Shown here: one piece after another, positions 61,850 to 64,000 of the stretch
Numbering within the stretch: the stretch's first letter is position 1
How the letters are laid out: every line of letters starts with the position of its first letter
The notes under the pieces: model-generated
Told to the model about the DNA's origin: nothing
Databases searched by the model: none
Seen by the model: only the letters and a program-made list of their open reading frames with translations
Made by a program: the position numbers and the translations under genes
NCBI GenBank assembly: GCA_963665325.3
Contig: CAXXWS020000003.1
Span: forward strand, 640,001-704,000
DNA length: 64,000 bases
From: Alphaproteobacteria bacterium
GTDB lineage: Bacteria > Pseudomonadota > Alphaproteobacteria > Bin95
Direction of reading: 5' to 3'

Positions 61850-61993
61850 GCGCAGGGACCTCCCGCAGACGGGAAGCGAGACAGAACGACGGAACATGAC
61901 ATCCGGAGGACAAGACACGACACATCCAAGGCGGTTCCGCGCCCCGTTTCGCCAGTGTGACGCGAAGGTGGGAGGCGGCGGTGGGCGTGCGTC

Positions 61994-62590
61994 TTACGCG
62001 CGCGTGACCACCAGCCACTCCTTCACCCGCGCTTCCGGGTCCGGGTTCAGCGTGATGTCGGTGACGGCGGAGAGAATGTCGGCGCCGGCCTCCAGCACGC
62101 CGGGCGCGCGCTCGACGGTCAGGCCGCCGATGGCGACCAGCGGCATCGCGCCGACGCGCCGCTTCCACTCGCCGACCCGCTCCAGCCCCTGCGGGCCGAA
62201 GCGCATCTGCTTCAGGATCGTCGGATAGACCGGCCCGAGCGCCACATAGTCGGGCTCCATCGCCAGCGCCCGCTCGAGTTCCGCATCGTCATGCGTGCTG
62301 ACGCCAAGTTGCAACCCCGCCGTGCGGACCGCATCCAGGTCGGCCCCGTCCAGATCCTCCTGGCCGAGATGGACGAAATCGCAGCCTTCCTCGATGGCGA
62401 GCCGCCAGTAGTCGTTCACGATCAGCTGGCAGCCATGCGCCTCGCAAACCGCCTTCGCGGCGCGGACCTCGGCGCGCACTTCGGCCTCGGGACGGTCCTT
62501 GACGCGCAATTGCACCAGCCGGATGCCGTGCGGCACCAGCCGTTCGCACCATTCCGCGCTGTCGAAGATCGGGTAGAACGGGTCAAGCAT
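61994..62590 (-). CDS. thiE: Thiamine phosphate synthase
   Basis: VQLRVK, IVND, VHLGQED, GVSTH, LGPVYPT..K and AIGG. Confidence 0.96.
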   Translation of the reverse strand: MLDPFYPIFDSAEWCERLVPHGIRLVQLRVKDRPEAEVRAEVRAAKAVCEAHGCQLIVNDYWRLAIEEGCDFVHLGQEDLDGADLDAVRTAGLQLGVSTHDDAELERALAMEPDYVALGPVYPTILKQMRFGPQGLERVGEWKRRVGAMPLVAIGGLTVERAPGVLEAGADILSAVTDITLNPDPEARVKEWLVVTRA

Positions 62591-63359
62591 CGCCGAGCAC
62601 GGCGCGGCCGATGACGGGCGTGGAAGGCCGGGCCATGTCGCGCGGCTCCATCGGGTCCGCCTCCCAGGCCGTGCGGCCGGCGGCCACCGCCTGCGCGAAG
62701 GCGCCCGCCATCATGGCCGGGTCGCCCGCCTTCGCGACGGCCGTGTTCAGCAGCACGGCATCGTAGCCGAGCTCCATCGCGGCGGCCGCATGGCTCGGCA
62801 GGCCGATGCCGGCATCCACCACCAGCGGCACATCGGGGAAATGCGCCCGCATGGCGCGGAGCGCGAAGACATTGTTGAGTCCGCGCCCGCTGCCGATGGG
62901 CGCGCCCCAGGGCATCAGCACCTCGCAACCGGCCTGGAGCAGCCGCTCCGCCACCACCAGGTCCTCCGTGGTGTAGGGGAAGACCTTGAAGCCGGAATCG
63001 GTGAGGATGCGCGCCGCTTCCACCAGGCCGAAGACATCCGGCTGGAGTGTGTCGTCCTCGCCGATCACCTCCAGCTTGATCCAGTCGGTCTCGAACACCT
63101 CGCGGGCCATCTCCGCCGTCGTCACCGCCTCGCGGACGCTGTGGCAGCCGGCGGTATTAGGCAGCACGCGCACGCCGAGCGAGCGGATCAGCTCCCAGAA
63201 ACCCTGGCCCGCCCGCGCCGCGCCCGACTCGCGCCGGAGCGACACGGTGACGACCTCGACGCCGGACGCGCGGATCGCCTCGCCCAGGACCGCCGGAGAG
63301 GGATATTGCGCCGTGCCGAGGAACAGGCGCGACGAGGGCTCGAAGCCGTAAAAGTCCAA
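62583..63359 (-). CDS. thiG: Thiazole synthase
   Basis: [23 protein letters not shown] and VDAGIG.PSHA. Confidence 0.97.
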   Translation of the reverse strand: MDFYGFEPSSRLFLGTAQYPSPAVLGEAIRASGVEVVTVSLRRESGAARAGQGFWELIRSLGVRVLPNTAGCHSVREAVTTAEMAREVFETDWIKLEVIGEDDTLQPDVFGLVEAARILTDSGFKVFPYTTEDLVVAERLLQAGCEVLMPWGAPIGSGRGLNNVFALRAMRAHFPDVPLVVDAGIGLPSHAAAAMELGYDAVLLNTAVAKAGDPAMMAGAFAQAVAAGRTAWEADPMEPRDMARPSTPVIGRAVLGDA

Positions 63360-63365
63360 AGCCGT

Positions 63366-63569
63366 TCAGCCTCCCTGCATTGGCGCCACGATTTCGACCG
63401 CGTCGCCGTCGGAAAGCGGCGCGGACGCCCTCAGCCCCTTCGGCAGGAAGGTGCCGTTGAGCGCCGTCGCCACCACGGCCCCGTTATAGCCCTTTTCATC
63501 CAGAAGGTCGGCAAGCGTCGCGGCCTCCGTGCGGAGCGTCTCGCCATTCAGTTCGATGCTGACCGTCAT
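63366..63569 (-). CDS. thiS: Sulfur carrier protein ThiS
   Basis: 67 aa with ATALNG and C-terminal MQGG. Confidence 0.96.
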   Translation of the reverse strand: MTVSIELNGETLRTEAATLADLLDEKGYNGAVVATALNGTFLPKGLRASAPLSDGDAVEIVAPMQGG

Positions 63570-64000
63570 GTCCGCACCCCTTCGCCGAGCACCATGTCCG
63601 CGGCCCTGGCCGCCATCGCCGGGGCGAGCAGGAAACCGTGGCGGTAGAGGCCGTTTACATGGAGCCGCCTGCCGTCGCGGACAACCCGGGGTAGGTTGTC
63701 GGGGAAGGCAGGGCGCGCATCGGTGCCGATCTCGACGACTTCCGCCTCGCCGAAGGCCGGATGGAGGGCATAGACGGCGCTCAACAGCTCGACCATGGAC
63801 CGCGCCGTGATGCGCTTGCGTTCGTCGTTCTCGATGGTGGTCGCGCCCAGCATGTAAACGCCGTCGCCGCGCGGCACGAGATAGATCGGAATACGCGGAT
63901 GGATGAGGCGCACCGTGCGGGTCAGCGCCACCTCGGGGCTGCGGATATAAAGCATCTCGCCCTTCACGCCGCGCAATTCCGGCAGGCGGTCCGCCGCCGC
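63566..64000 (-). CDS. thiO: Glycine oxidase ThiO, 5' part outside window
   Basis: RGVKGE, IYLVPR, RPAFPDNLP and NGLYRHGFLLAP; directly upstream of thiS. Confidence 0.9.
   Translation of the reverse strand, partial: AAADRLPELRGVKGEMLYIRSPEVALTRTVRLIHPRIPIYLVPRGDGVYMLGATTIENDERKRITARSMVELLSAVYALHPAFGEAEVVEIGTDARPAFPDNLPRVVRDGRRLHVNGLYRHGFLLAPAMAARAADMVLGEGVRT

Noticed and set aside
61860-64000. TPP riboswitch for thiOSGE
   Set aside because: It would lie upstream of thiO, beyond the window end. The structured RNA at 61.8 kb is downstream of the operon and on the opposite strand.

Overview
This is a high-GC alphaproteobacterial chromosomal segment; RegB/RegA, the DUF1476 zeta subunit and the purCSQL-bolA-grxD order point to that class, and a Rhodospirillales-like host is inference. 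Most of it is housekeeping: a formate dehydrogenase alpha subunit (5' truncated), regAB, a GldAFG-like ABC system, fabG-acpP-fabF-mltG-yicC-gmk, a full suf operon, uvrD, purCSQL, rpsD, alkA and thiOSGE (truncated). Accessory content includes a GT4/FkbM/TupA surface-glycan islet, a catabolic cluster, and a 2070-bp IS1634-family element that splits a sulfatase inside its CxPxR catalytic motif. The most unusual signal is non-coding homology between two intergenic regions about 50 kb apart (about 11387-11575 and 61463-61852). They share an 86-bp promoter-like block (58/86 identical, ungapped, by manual count) and a two-hairpin 3' module with a UUUCCUCCC anti-Shine-Dalgarno loop and a compensatory base-pair change, resembling 'cuckoo' RNAs. 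At 61.6 kb the cassette encloses a 58-aa ORF that reads as a signal peptide plus the 8-residue, two-cysteine peptide CFLGIPCW; at 11.5 kb the same cassette has no ORF. This suggests an unannotated secreted micro-peptide/sRNA system, which is a hypothesis from sequence alone. I saw no tRNA, rRNA or CRISPR array.
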